Shown piece by piece: positions 13,316 through 25,914 of a stretch of 64,000 nt of DNA. The position numbers and the translations under genes are program-made. The notes under the pieces are model-generated. The model did not search any database. It saw nothing but the letters and a program-made list of their open reading frames with translations, and had not been told where the DNA came from. The stretch comes from Selaginella moellendorffii (taxonomy: Eukaryota > Plantae > Lycopodiophyta). The stretch is from the NCBI RefSeq assembly GCF_000143415.4, contig NW_003314309.1, positions 551,459-615,458 of the forward strand, in the 5' to 3' direction. Position 1 is the stretch's first letter. Each line of letters begins with the position of its first letter.

Positions 13316-13657
13316 ATGCCGCCCTTAAAATTCCCAGAGCCACACTATGTCCGCCTCAAATTCACGCAGAGGTACGCCTATCTTCGCGTGGAGCGAGGAA
13401 TCCTCAATCGCCCCTTGATCTCGATCGATAGCCGCTGCATCAGGGACGAATTTCCAGATGGATTGAGCGTCGAGAGCAGCGAGAAGCTGGCTGGGATCCT
13501 TGCTGCCAAGATCAAAGCCTTCCGGCCCAAAATCCCCAAGCTCCACCTGGACGTGCTCTACGAGTTCACCAAGAAGGACGAGCGATTCCACCAGAACATA
13601 ATCGCTGTGGCGGATGTGCTCCAGAAAAATGGCCTGCGCATTGCCGGCTATGGCTGA
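13316..13657 (+). CDS. Small organellar ribosomal protein L18-like (uL18-like) protein
   Basis: 113-aa ATG ORF. HYVRLKFTQRYAYLRV ... EKLAGILAAKIK ... RFHQNIIAVADVLQKNGLRI follows the uL18 pattern (LxxxFTNKYVxAQV ... KIGxxLAER ... YHGKVKAVIDSLRxxG). Divergent. Confidence 0.6.
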   Translation: MPPLKFPEPHYVRLKFTQRYAYLRVERGILNRPLISIDSRCIRDEFPDGLSVESSEKLAGILAAKIKAFRPKIPKLHLDVLYEFTKKDERFHQNIIAVADVLQKNGLRIAGYG

Positions 13658-13733
13658 AATAAAAGTCGTATAGAACCCTAAAATATGTGTTAGAACCCTA
13701 AAATCGGGGAGAGGGGGCGGTATCCTGGGCGCA

Positions 13734-15460
13734 ATGGTTCTCGAGGTAAGCTCCTCGCGATCTTTCACGCCAGGCCTATCTTCTCTTGTGCCAGGCGACG
13801 ATGATCTGCATAGACAATTCCGAGTGGATGCGAAATGGGGACTACTATCCGACGAGTAGATTCCAGTCCCAAGCTGATGCTGTCAATCTTATCTGTGGCT
13901 CCAAAACGCAGGTTTGTGCGCTCTAGTAGCTGAGCTAGATCACTGACGATCAATTTGGAGCTCTTCTTGACAGTCTCATCCAGAGAATACTGTGGGGATT
14001 TTAACGACTGGGGGCAAAGGAGTGCGCGTGCTCGTCACGCCAACGACGGACTTGGGCAAGATCCTTTCGTGTATGCACGGTGAGGAGGAGCTGTTCAAGT
14101 AAAGTTTTGCTTTGTCCTTACACTTTTTTCGTTCTCGTTTATCCTCGTCCAGGTGTTGAGCTTGGGGGCGAGTCGAAAATCACTTCCGCAGTCCAGATCG
14201 CACAGCTTGCGCTGAAACACAGGCAGAACAAGAACCAACGTCAAAGAATAGTGCTCTTCGTTGGAAGGTAGCTCACCTATGAACTCATGTTGTGGTAAAT
14301 TTTCGTCTTTTTGTTTCTTGTAGCCCTGTGGCAGCCGAGAAGAAAATGCTCGAGACTATAGGCAAGAAGCTGAAGAAGAACAATGTAGCTTTGGACATCG
14401 TCGAGTTTGGCCAGGAGGACGATACCAAGAGCGAGAAGCTAGAAGCACTGCTAACGTCTGTAAACAGCAACGACAACAGCCACATTGTCCATGTCCCGCC
14501 ATCCTCAGAAGTTCTCACCGATGCGCTTCTCAGGTTTGTTGCTCAGCGTTTCTTTCTTCAGAATCGAAGCACTGATTGATTCACTGGAACAGCTCGCCGA
14601 TATTTGAGGGCGATGGAGAGGGTGGCAGTGGCTTTGCAGCAGCCGCAGCCGCGGGAGTAGCAGCGGCCGCGGCCGCTGCTGCCGGTGGAGCTGGTGGCTT
14701 CGAATTTGGTGTCGATCCAAACCTGGATCCGGAGCTGGCCTTAGCTCTTCGTGTCTCGATGGAGGAGGAGCGCGCAAGGCAAGAAGCAGCGGCCAAGCGA
14801 GCTGCCGACGAGCAAGCTCCTGATGGTGCACCAAAAGGAGAGACCTCTGGCGCTGTTGCTCCTCCGAGTGACGCTCCCGCTGCAGTTTCGACTGAGAAGG
14901 GGCCGGACGTTGTGATGGTAAACACTTTCTTGTTCTTACCTTTTTCATGGCTGAATTTTCATTGTTTCTTAGGACGATGAGTCTGCCTTACTGGCTCAAG
15001 CCTTGGCAATGTCGATGAATGACGCGGTGGGAACATCTGGTACCAGCGCCGAGGACACGAATATGACTGAAGCTGTGGGAGAAGATCAGGACCTCGCATT
15101 CGGTACGGTCTTTGTTCTTTCTTCGTTTCTCTTTGACGAACTTCGGCGTGTGCAGCACTCGAGATGTCCATGCAAGGCGAAGGCAGCGAAGGTGACATGA
15201 ACAAAGTGTTGGGCGATCCGAGCTTCATGAACTCTATTCTGGCCTCGGTAAAGCATATGCTTACTGCATGCTCATCTCACAATTTTGGTATTGATAACAG
15301 CTCCCTGGAGTTGATCCGAACGATCCGTCAGTGCGAGACGTTTTAGCTGCACTACAAGCGGAGGAAGAGGTAGAAAAACTCCCTCTTATGCTAGTTCTCA
15401 TTTAGAATTATCTGGCAGGAAGTACCCAAGCAGCAGAACGACTCCTCCGAAAAGCATTGA
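13734..15460 (+). CDS. RPN10: 26S proteasome non-ATPase regulatory subunit 4 (vWA + UIMs), multi-exon
   Basis: MVLE|[83 protein letters not shown] introns; stop TGA ending at 15460. Confidence 0.95.
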
Positions 15461-15788
15461 TTAATTGGAAATGGTGATCTCCATTTGTTACTCAAAGCTA
15501 GAATCAAGCTAGAACCTTTCTTGTCAAATTCTCGCTTGGATACAAGGATGGGTTTTTCCTCTTAGATGAAGATCATATTAGCTTATGAACACTGGAAATG
15601 TCTTCTTAGATCAAAGCAGCTCTTTTAAGTATCTTAGATTTACACTCTTTTGCAGCTTAGTACAACACTCTTTTTAATTGAAGTATCTTCTTAGATCAGT
15701 ACTCTTTTTCATGAAAGTATCTTCTTAGATCATAGTATCTTAGCACAACACTCTTGAAACTAATCCCAAAAATCGTGAAAAATCGTGT

Positions 15789-18106
15789 CTAGTCGACCTC
15801 CTCCATCTTGCTTCCCTCGGCGTCCGCGCCCTCCTCCAGCGGCGGCATGTCCACATCCGCGTCCGCTCCAGCACCAACATCGTCGTCAATGCTCAGCCCC
15901 AGCTTGAGCATCCGGTGGATCCTCGACCCGAAAGTGTTTGGATCGTCCAGGCTGAATCCCGACGTGAGCAGCGCAGTCTCGAACAGCAGCAGCACCAGAT
16001 CCTTCACCGCCTTGTCGTTCTTGTCCGCGTCCGCCCGCTTCCTCAGCTCCTCCATGATCGAGTTATCCGGGTTGATCTCCATCGTCTTCTTCGAGCTCAT
16101 GTAACTCGACATGGAGCTGTCCCGGAGCGCCTGAGCTTTCATGATCCTCTCCATGTTGGCGGTCCATCCATACTCGCCGGTAACCAGGCAGCACGGCGAG
16201 TCCACGATCCTGTCCGAGACCACCACCTTCTCGACCTTCTCGCCCAGGATGTCCTTGATCACCTTGCACAGCCCCTCGAACGCCGCCTTCTTCTCCTCGA
16301 ACTTCTTCTTCTCGTCGTCCGTGTCCTCGAGCTTGAGCCCCTCCTTGGTGGCCGAGACCAGCTTCTTGCCGTCGTACTCCTTGAGCTGCCCGACCGCGTA
16401 CTCGTCGATCGCGTCCACCATGTAGAGGACCTCGTATCCCTTGCGCTTGAGCCTCTCCAGGAACGGGGAGTTCTCGACCGCCTTCTTGCTCTCGCCCGTG
16501 ATGTAGAAGATGTCCTTCTGGCCCTCCTTCATCCGCGTCACGTAGTCCTTGAGGCTCGTCATCTCGTCGCCGCTCTTGGTCGAGTGGTAGCGGAGCAAGT
16601 CAGCCAGCTTCTGCCGGTTCTGGCTGTCCTCGTGGATCCCCAGCTTGATGTTCTTGGAGAAGGACTCGTAGAACTTGTTGTAGTCCTCCTTGTTCTCCGC
16701 GATCTCGGCGAACATCTCCAGGCATTTCTTCACCAGGTTCTTCCGGATCACCTTGAGGATCTTGTTCTGCTGGAGCATCTCGCGGGAGATGTTGAGCGGC
16801 AGGTCGTTCGAGTCCACCACTCCCTTGACGAAGGCAAGGTACTCGGGGATGATCTCCTCACAGTTGTCCATGATGAACACCCGGCGCACGTAGAGCTTGA
16901 TGTTGTTAAGCTTCTTCCTCGTGTCGAAGAGGTCAAAGGGAGCCCGCTTAGGAACGAACAGGATGGCCCGGAACTCGAGCTGCCCCTCCACGGCAAAGTG
17001 CTTCACTGCCAGATGGTCTTCCCAGTCGTTTGTCAAGCTCTTGTAGAAGGCACCATACTCTTCCTTGGTGATCTCATCGGGCTTCCTCATCCAGATCGGC
17101 TTCTGGGTGTTGACAAGGCTCCACTCGTGAGACACCTCCTTCACGGTCTTCTTCTTCTTCTTCTCCTTCTCCTTGTCTTCGTCAACCTCCTCGATCTTTC
17201 CTTCCTCATCGTCCTTCTTCTCTTCCTCCTCCTCGTCATCCGAGATCTCCTTCTCGGTCGTCTTCTCAACCCAGACGGAGATGGGATAGCTGATGAACTC
17301 GGAGTGCTTCTTGATCAGATCCTTGAGCCTCCTCTCCTCGAGGTATTCAAGCTGGCGCAGTATGAAAAAGTTTAGTCACAGGGATAGTCTCAAACAGCAA
17401 AAACACAAAAACACACCTGATCCTCCTTGAGATAGAGAACAATCTTCGTTCCACGTCCCAGCCTCTCGCCAGTGGTGTCCCGGGTCACGGTGAACGAACC
17501 ACCGGCTTCAGACTCCCAAATGTACTGTTCGTCATCGTTGTGCTTGGTCGTCACCACGACCTTCTCGGCCACCAAGTAAGCCGAGTAGAAACCAACACCA
17601 AACTGACCGATCATGGACACATCGGCGCCAGCGGCCAAGGCTTCCATGAACTCCTTGGTGCCAGACCTGGCAATTGTGCCGAGGTTGTTCACGAGATCTA
17701 GAGAGAATGAGCATACAAGTAAGAACTCCGGCTAGGAAGAACTGGAAGCTAGAAACTTACCGGATTTCGTCATTCCAATACCGCTGTCGATGATGGTCAG
17801 GGTCTTGCTGGCCTTGTCGGGGATGATGTGGATGAAGAGCTCCGGCTGGCTCTCAAGCTTACTCTTGTCAGTGAGGCCTTCGAAGCGGATCTTGTCGAGA
17901 GCCTGGAGTCACAGCAGCGCAGCATGAGAAGAAGAAAGAGTTTGACAAGAACTGGAAGAACGAGGCGAAATACTCACATCCGAGGCATTGCTGATGAGCT
18001 CCCGCAAGAAAATCTCCTTGTTGCTGTAGAAAGTGTTGATGATGAGACTGAGAAGCTGGTTGATCTCAGCCTGGAACGCGAAGCGCTCGACGTCGCCTTC
18101 CGCCAT
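15789..18106 (-). CDS. HSP90: Cytosolic heat shock protein 90 (3 introns)
   Basis: [57 protein letters not shown]-terminal MEEVD. ATG at 18104-18106. Confidence 0.97.
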
Positions 18107-18227
18107 AGCTAGCTCTCTCTCGCGCAAAATCTCACAAACGATCAAAGCAACCCTACCAAGAGAAGCCGCTCCTTGAATTTAAGCTGCTTAGGCCAAGGAC
18201 AGCCGTCCGATCGTCCATCAAACGGCC

Positions 18228-18252
18228 ATTCCAGGTCCTTCTAGAGCCTTCT
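18228..18252. promoter_or_regulatory. Heat-shock-element-like array upstream of HSP90
   Basis: TTC-ca-GGT-cc-TTC-ta-GAG-cc-TTC: nTTCn units at 10-bp spacing with degenerate nGAAn between them, ~120 bp upstream of the HSP90 ATG. Confidence 0.55.
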
Positions 18253-18314
18253 CTTTGAGAGACCTAAAACGCTGGTGTATATTCTTAGAATCTCCACGCC
18301 CTAGGAGTATATAC

Positions 18315-20612
18315 TTACTCTTTAAACTTGTACGAGGCCAAGAAGATGACCCAGTTTGCAATGCCCAGCGCGACGAGCAGCCAAAAGAAGTAATCCAAAT
18401 GCCCATTGTTGAGATCTCGCGGGATCCATCCTTGCTCTCCAGTGATGCCCGACGTGATGCTCACGAGAAATCCGGAAAGAAAACTCCCCACCGACGATGA
18501 GAAGAACGCCATGGCCGCGGCCACAGTTCTCAAGTTCTCGGGAGCTTGATCATAGAGAAACTCGATCAATCCCACGCAGTAGAAAACTTTCGAGCAGCCA
18601 ACAAGCACGAACTGGGGGATTTGCCACAAAACGTTGGTCTGAACTCGCTCCCTGTGGAAACCCGCGAGCCGACTTGCTTCCAGCACCGCCGCACACGCCA
18701 TAGCCGCGGTCATCATGACAAGCCCGGCTCCCATCCTCTGGAACAACGTAAAACCTCGCGAGTTCCCCGTCGCTCGACGCATCACCGGGACCAAGACTCG
18801 ATCGTAGACGACCATCCACACCAAAACGCTGATCGGATCGAACGAGTTGAGCGATGCCGGCGGGACGCGAAAGCCGCCAACTATTGTGCCCATGAGCGCG
18901 GCCTGCTCAACAAAGAGCGAGAAAGTTTGCGTTTTCATTGTCTCGTACACCACCGATCCGAGCCACACCACCAAAATCCCCGCCAAGTTGGAATGATCAC
19001 CCTTGTGAGATCCACGCTGCAGGAGCCTGGCGAATGGGTTTCCTGTCAAGCTGGGAGCATATCGATAGAACTTGGCGCCGCTGGAAAATACCATGATCCC
19101 GAAAAGAATCACCCCCGTGCAAACGAAAAGAGCACTGCTAAAACCCAGCCGATCTCCGATATACACCACTCCCACCACTGCCAGGAGAAGACCCAGGGAC
19201 GTGCTAAAGTTACTCCAATTGAAATACGAGCTCTTCCACGCTGCCTCCACCGGATCTTTCCCATCAAATTGGTCGGCCCCAAATGCCAGTAGCGACGCTG
19301 CAAATCCTTTCCCCAGAGCAATCACGTAGAGCGCCACGAAGAACAGCCAAGTTGCGGGAACTTTGTTCTCGACGAGCAGGACCGAGAGCGAGAGCAAAGC
19401 CAATCCAAAGAAATAGATCAGAGAACCACCCAGAGTTGTTTTGAATCGTCCCAGGTGAGAGTCGGAGACGTAAGCGACGAGCAGCGGGGACAAGTCGTGG
19501 ACGCCATTCCATATGCTAACCTGGATCGCCGCCCCCGCGTTGGAGAGGCCGAGCTTGGAGACCATGAAGAGGACCAAGTTGTAGGAGACACCATAGAGCG
19601 AGAGCGAGCCGCAGACAATGAGAACGAGCGCAGTGGAGGGGCGAGATCCCCCTGTTTTAGAAGCCACGGCTGGAGATCCATAGTAATGTTAGAGGTAGAG
19701 ATGATGTGGCAGTAGTTATGCCCACGTGGCAGTAGCTTTATGTATATGTACACAATCATATACAGTGATATATATATACAGTTCTTCCTCCTCGTGTGCG
19801 CGTCTCTCCGCTGCTAACATGGTATCGGAGCCTTGGGCTCCTTGATCCTGAGAATGGCGCTTGCTGGCCAGGAGGCCAGTGATGAGGAGGAGGATGAGCC
19901 TCCCAATTGCAATCCCTCTTGCAATGTTTGGGACGCTTGAGGCGTTGCACCAAGGCACCAGGCTGTGTAGAGGTGCTGAGCAACAAGCAGCAGCAAGTAG
20001 AGAACAAAGCCAGTGGGAGATTGAGAGATTTCACCAACCCTATCAAGAATTGGGTCAAGATTCAAGAACATTGCATAGCAATTCTTTGCAGGAATTTCCA
20101 GCAATTGGGAAGGATGCTCATGGAGATTCAAGTGCCTAGTCGCAGAGAAGTGGGAGCCTGGCAGTTTAGGTCCAAGACCACATGCTAGAGGCAAGATTGA
20201 AGCCATAGCAAGAAGCAAAGAGTGTGCAAGCAAGTCCAAGACCAAGAACCAAGTTTTGGGTAGTTGATTGATGAGTTTTCATATGCTTTTCTCATCAGCT
20301 TTCCATGCTCATCATCTCAGAGTCGTGGACGCCATTCCATATGCTAACCTGGATCGCCGCCCCCGCGTTGGAGAGGCCGAGCTTGGAGACCATGAAGAGG
20401 ACCAAGTTGTAGGAGACACCATAGAGCGAGAGCGAGCCGCAGACAATGAGAACGAGCGCAGTGGAGGGGCGAGATCCCCCTGTTTTAGAAGCCACGGCTG
20501 GAGATCCATAGTAATCCAAGCTCCCGTCCTGGACGAATTTCTCCCCCTGAGCATGCAAGATTAAAGGATCTCTGCGAGATCTTTCTTCATCTTCGTCTCC
20601 ATGGCAAGCCAT
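18315..20612 (-). pseudogene. NRT1/PTR (NPF/POT) transporter copy disrupted by a 633-bp insertion plus a 195-bp duplication; residual 450-aa ORF at 18315-19667
   Basis: SDSHLGRFKT, FGADQFD, KSSYFNW, FQRMGAG, LWQIPQF, EFLYDQAPE, LNNGHLDYFFW. The true 5' end (MACHGDED...) is at 20612, separated from the rest by the insertion. Confidence 0.8.
19687..20320 (+). mobile_element. Truncated small LTR retroelement (133-bp LTR + tRNA-Met PBS + internal fragment)
   Basis: TGTTAG (19687)...CTAACA (19819) inverted termini, immediately followed by TGGTATCGGAGC (19820-19831). No second LTR. Confidence 0.75.
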
Positions 20613-21279
20613 GAGACTTGGAAGATCTGGGCTATTCTAATAGTGGCGAAAACCATTCCAGTTCTTTTAGTGGTAGTTAAAAGGCTTTTGTCATGTGCAT
20701 TGACTTCTTTAAAGTATTTTCTACTTTACCCTTAAAATACACTTGTTTTTTGAAAAATTTATATCTTTGATATAATCCTCTAAAAGAATGCTTATAATTG
20801 TAATTTAATTTACCTCACTTTCGAGCAAGTGGCTCTTTTCTTTCAATCATTTGTTCATGACATGTGTTATTACATGATGATAGTATGATTTTAAATTACA
20901 CCTCGCTAGCTATTGAATTTGACCTAACAATGCACTTAAATCATGCTTTTGTGATCTGTTAGTGAAGGCTTAGTTGCAAAGCTTGAGAGGTGGTGAACTT
21001 ACAAACTTAGGAAATCTCTTTGAGGTGGATGATTAGCAATGGAACTCAACATTATCATGTTAGAGTAAATCACCTAAAACCACAGATAGAATTAATTTGT
21101 TGTATAAATTTATGCCATTTTTAAGATCGATATCTCATTTCCATTCTCTCTTTTCACATAGTTATAAAGCATTAATGTCTTATCTACTTCATCATTTGTA
21201 TGATTTATAGTCAAATTTTTGTTTTCCATTTCTTTGTCAAAAATTCTCCCTGTGATCAGGAATCCATTCATAAAGTTTA

Positions 21280-23400
21280 AAGCAACAGATCACATTGATG
21301 GTATTGCCAACATTTTAAATTGGAAAATGAAAGTTCTCGCATAACTTATGAAAAAATGGATTTATGGATTACATTGGTTTTCACAATACTCATATTATAA
21401 AGGGAGAAAAGGCAAAAGCTAAAACATAAGATTTTGATAGTAAGGGTGAGATGGATATTGTAAATTTTGATATTAGGAATATAAAGTTCAAGGCATTATG
21501 GAATCTATGTTTCTGATTCTATTATTGCAAAGCTAGAATATAGATTTATAAAAGACCTATGGGAGTTATTTGAGAAAAAATACCAGTAACTTACCACAAC
21601 TTGGGTATCAGTATACTCAATTAAAGTTCTTTATCTAAAGCTCAAAGATAGAGAAATATTTTGTTTACTTCACATATATTTGGCCAATTTTTTAAAATCT
21701 GATCAAGATGTTTGTGAGGAGCAGAAGATCCTATACTTTAACCATTTTTTTCTAGAGAAGTATGACAATCTAATAGTCATAGTTGAGATTGTGCAACACT
21801 GAGAGTTATAGAAGAAAAGATTAAGTTGCATTTGTAATCATAATCAATCAAAACACCTACTTGCCAAAGCATTTGAAGTATTCTTAGAGGTGTTAGTGTA
21901 GCTGCCATAATTGCATACAAAACTAAAGCTTGAGGGAAGTACTCAATTTCCTTGTGATGCTAATAATTCTTCAAGTGATTTTAAAAAGGAGGTATCATGT
22001 ATGATCACTGCAAAAAATGAGGCCATTAAAGCAAAACTCTAAAAAAGGACCTTGCCAAGAACAGAATGCCTTTTGTGAATGCGTTGATTAGAGATTATAA
22101 AATGATATTTACTTTATCTATTTCATAATTGTTTTTTATTCTTTGAGTGTCAATTCATGAGTAAATTGATCAATAAGGAGTGGTTTCAAAAAATAAGGGT
22201 AACTGATTGAATTTTTGTGGTTTTCAATAGTTAAAAGATAAAGGCATATAGTAATTTCTTTTAGAAATAATTTTATATTAATTATAAAAAATGCCTTATA
22301 TACCTCTGATATGATTAAGAGTTTATTATCTATTCTTTTATTGACAAACTTTCAACAAAACTTGCTGCTATATACTCCACGAGTTTACTAGTGAAGTGAT
22401 ACTTATTAGATATAGAAACTATAATCTTTATAAAATATAACTTTCTATTGTATAATAAGATTTTAAAGTTTACTTCTAAGGATTTTAGAATCAATAATCT
22501 TCAAAAAAAATTTGTCAAAATAATTTTGGAGTTGGCACAATCAAATATAGATGGACTTTTGCAATCTAAACATTAAGTGGTAAACTTTATATGTTTAATT
22601 CATTAATGATTTTATTTATTATACTTCAATATTGTTTTGGAGAGTTAAACATTTTAGAGATGGAGAGCTATGACTGAAGTATTCACCAAGGAAAAGCTAC
22701 TCATTCTTAAGAATAATTTTGTGATGAATATTTATTACATGAATTTTTTGAATAATATGCTAACACATGGATAAAGTATAACTTATTATACACAAGAATA
22801 AAATGCTTTACTTGGGTAGTGAAATAATACAATAGTGGAAGAAACAAAAATCATATTAATAACAACAATATCATTAAATTCCCATTTAATAACATTTGAA
22901 CATTTTAAAAAGAATATTTAATCAAATATTCCTCTAGTTGCAATACTTAAATATGTGAGTGCTTGGGATATAAGAATAGATATATTAATTAAGGTTTAAA
23001 ATATATAAGAATGGATGGACTAGATTCAGTCCTAAATTGGCGATCCATATACTATATTACTATAATTAGTGTATTATCTAGGTAGGGTAATACATGTATA
23101 TACATATTTATAAACCTTACACTATAATTCCTTCCAGAAGATGAAAAGGTGATGATAATAAATCAAATGGAACATCTGAAACTTTTGCTAGGTGATTATA
23201 AATTATTATAAGAATCTAAAGTTCATATAAAACCATCAACAATATTGCTGACAACCATAATTAAAACAAAATCCAAAGCCATAGCACAAACATCAATCAT
23301 TCATAGAATCTCAATGAACTAATTGTAACTTCATATATATCTGCCAAATGTTAAAACCAACTATGAAGCCATAATTTTGAACTGAAGCAAGGGACTTTGA
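21280..23400 (+). mobile_element. Highly decayed Ty1/copia-like remnant
   Basis: Broken motifs only: DGIANILNWKMKV (gag N-terminus-like) near 21300 and KNALYTSDMIKSLLSI (post-protease-like) near 22290. Many stops. Confidence 0.4.
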
Positions 23401-24716
23401 GAGCTATAATAGTTTATAAAGCACATTGCAATAAACATAACATCCCATCTTTAGATTTATTTGTTGATAATCCTTTAAAACCATCATTAACTCAGACTTA
23501 CGATTATAAACAAAACTTATATTTGCATCTTCCCTTCGGTTAACATTTGAGATCTGTATTAATTTAAACTCATAATTGTTATCTTTGTTTAGCACCACAC
23601 ATGAGAGGTTAGACTCACTCCATTTGTCTTCCACATCCTCCTTAACCTTTTCTCGAAGGAAAAGAAACCTTTAAACCACTAACTCCATTCAAAATTTATT
23701 GTGTTTATCCTCATTTTGCCATTTATATTTCACTCCATTATTACATCTGTTTAATCTCATTATATTGGGGTTAGATGTTTCATTTAGACTTGCTGTATTC
23801 ATCCTCACTCCACAATCTATGTCATTTGTCTCTGCTCCACAATCATATTTGCTTGTCCTTATTCCATTATCAAAGCCAGACTCCATCCATCCCCTTTACC
23901 CCCTCCTCCAAAGAAAAAAAAGTTTAAAGTGTCAGGGTAAAAAGAAGGAAGCGAGAAAAAAGGAGAAAAATATATTGTGGAAGAAAAAAAGTGGATAAAG
24001 AAGCATTAAAATAGAAAATTTCAGCAATTATCAAAGTATAAATGGGGAGAAAAAAGAAAATATATTTAAAGTCTAGAGAATAAAAAATCTACTATGATAA
24101 AATACTTTAGCTAGCACGAGATAAGGAAAAATTTCACACCACTTAACTTCCTCAACACACAATTCAACATTTGAGATAGGAAAATCAATAAATAATTCCA
24201 CACTCTCAAAGGAACATATAAACTCCTCAATAGCAAATAATAAAATAAAGACTCTCATTAGCATTCAGGGATATACACTTAACTTGAAACTTTAACCAAA
24301 GTGACTCAACCTTTGGAACAAAGGAATACTTAACACTATAATTGATCAAAGACTCCACAATAAAATAAAAGTAAGATTCTAAGCTTCACATATATACTCA
24401 ATATTCAAATTCGTATAAGAAGGATAGAAAACACTGGACTCAATACTAGATTGAAAATGAACATTATAAGAGTTAGAAATGATTAATGTGCCAGGAGAAG
24501 GAAATATTCTAGATGAGAAAGGAACACTAAAAACATGAGAAGATAGCTTAGGTCGAGAAATAATAAAAGGCTAAGAAAAAGTAAAATGTAAAGAGAAAGG
24601 ATTAGATGGCAAATTAAAAGATTGATGCAAAATCTCCAATTCATCTCTAAAATAATTTCCATAATAATCAAATTCCTCATCACAATCTAGAATTTATTCA
24701 AACTTGTAAACATTGT

Positions 24717-25483
24717 TGTGAGATATAAATCTCTAAGCCCCAAAGTGGAGCCAAAAAGGTGCCCCATAATAATAGTCGAAGTGGAAGTCCAACAAACATA
24801 AAACTCCTTTGATAATGAGAAGAATGACTCCTCCTTAGAGCTTGTAGGGAGGCAGCCATACATGTTTGGACTAAACGCTCTAACTTGGAAAGTCGAACGT
24901 GAAAATGGATCTTCAAACAAAGTGCTCAAGGAATAATCATGAAGCAATCAATGAATAAGTTTCTAAAAAGGAACATAAGAAGGACTAATACATGGCAAGT
25001 GTTGTGACACATGGAAGTGTCAATAATGAGTCTGAAAAAGAGTCCAAGAAGGAGTCTGAAATGGAGATTAAAGAGTTTAAAAAAGAGTCTAAGATGAAGC
25101 CAAAATGCTCAAAATGAACTCGAAATGGAGTTTGAGGTGACGTTTGAGATGGACCTGAGGTGAAGTCTAAAATGGACCGAAATAGAACCCAAAATAGAGT
25201 CTAAGATGGACCCAAGATGGACTTGAAATGGACTTAAGATGGATCTGAGATGGAGTCTGAAATGGACCCATGATGAAAGTTGAAATGGAGTTTGAGATGA
25301 ACTTGAGATGGGCTGAGATGAAATCCAAAATAAATTCGAAGACTAAGATCAAAACTGAGATCAAATTTGAATCCAAATCTGAATCCGAATACTATAGGGT
25401 GAAAGCCCAAAGCAATTATCCTCCGGAGGGGAAAGGGGGGCAAGCAAGGAGCAAACGAAAGGGGCTACAACAGGTTTAAAAGT
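24717..25483 (+). repeat. Family-C LTR (truncated by the assembly gap) with an internal 11-12-mer array
   Basis: Starts TGTGAGAT. Inverted homolog of 33855-34511. GAGATGGAGTCT-like repeats at 25030-25390. Confidence 0.6.
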
Positions 25484-25583
25484 NNNNNNNNNNNNNNNNN
25501 NNNNNNNNNNNNNNNNNNNNNNNNNNNNNNNNNNNNNNNNNNNNNNNNNNNNNNNNNNNNNNNNNNNNNNNNNNNNNNNNNNN
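25484..25583. other. Assembly gap (100 N)
   Basis: Run of N. Confidence 1.
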
Positions 25584-25914
25584 AAATAGTGGAGGATCCC
25601 CACTCCTAGAAAAGTATAATAGGGAAAGTGTGAAAGTTAAATTCCAAAAAAACTAATTTGGCCTAGCTCAAAAAACCTATAGCCAAGTGATATAATCAGT
25701 CTAAGGATAAAACCCAAACCCCACAAAGTTCTGTGATTTCTACTAGTCCAGCTCATAGTACGTCCCGTGTGACTTACTCATTTAATATCGTGACAAGAGC
25801 TTTGAGCTGCTACGACTCTAGAGGAGAATTTTTGTAAGAATTGATAATCATGTAGAGCACGGCTTCCAGCAAACCCTTGAAAGTAGAAGTTCTTAGGAGC
25901 TCCATCAGCCGTCC

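Noticed and set aside
15555-15755. Short degenerate TCTTCTTAGATC repeats between RPN10 and HSP90
   Set aside because: Irregular local slippage in 3' UTRs; no evidence of function.
15915-17375. 486-aa + strand ORF
   Set aside because: Antisense shadow of GC3-rich HSP90; the shadow ORFs over the NPF and CR genes are rejected for the same reason.
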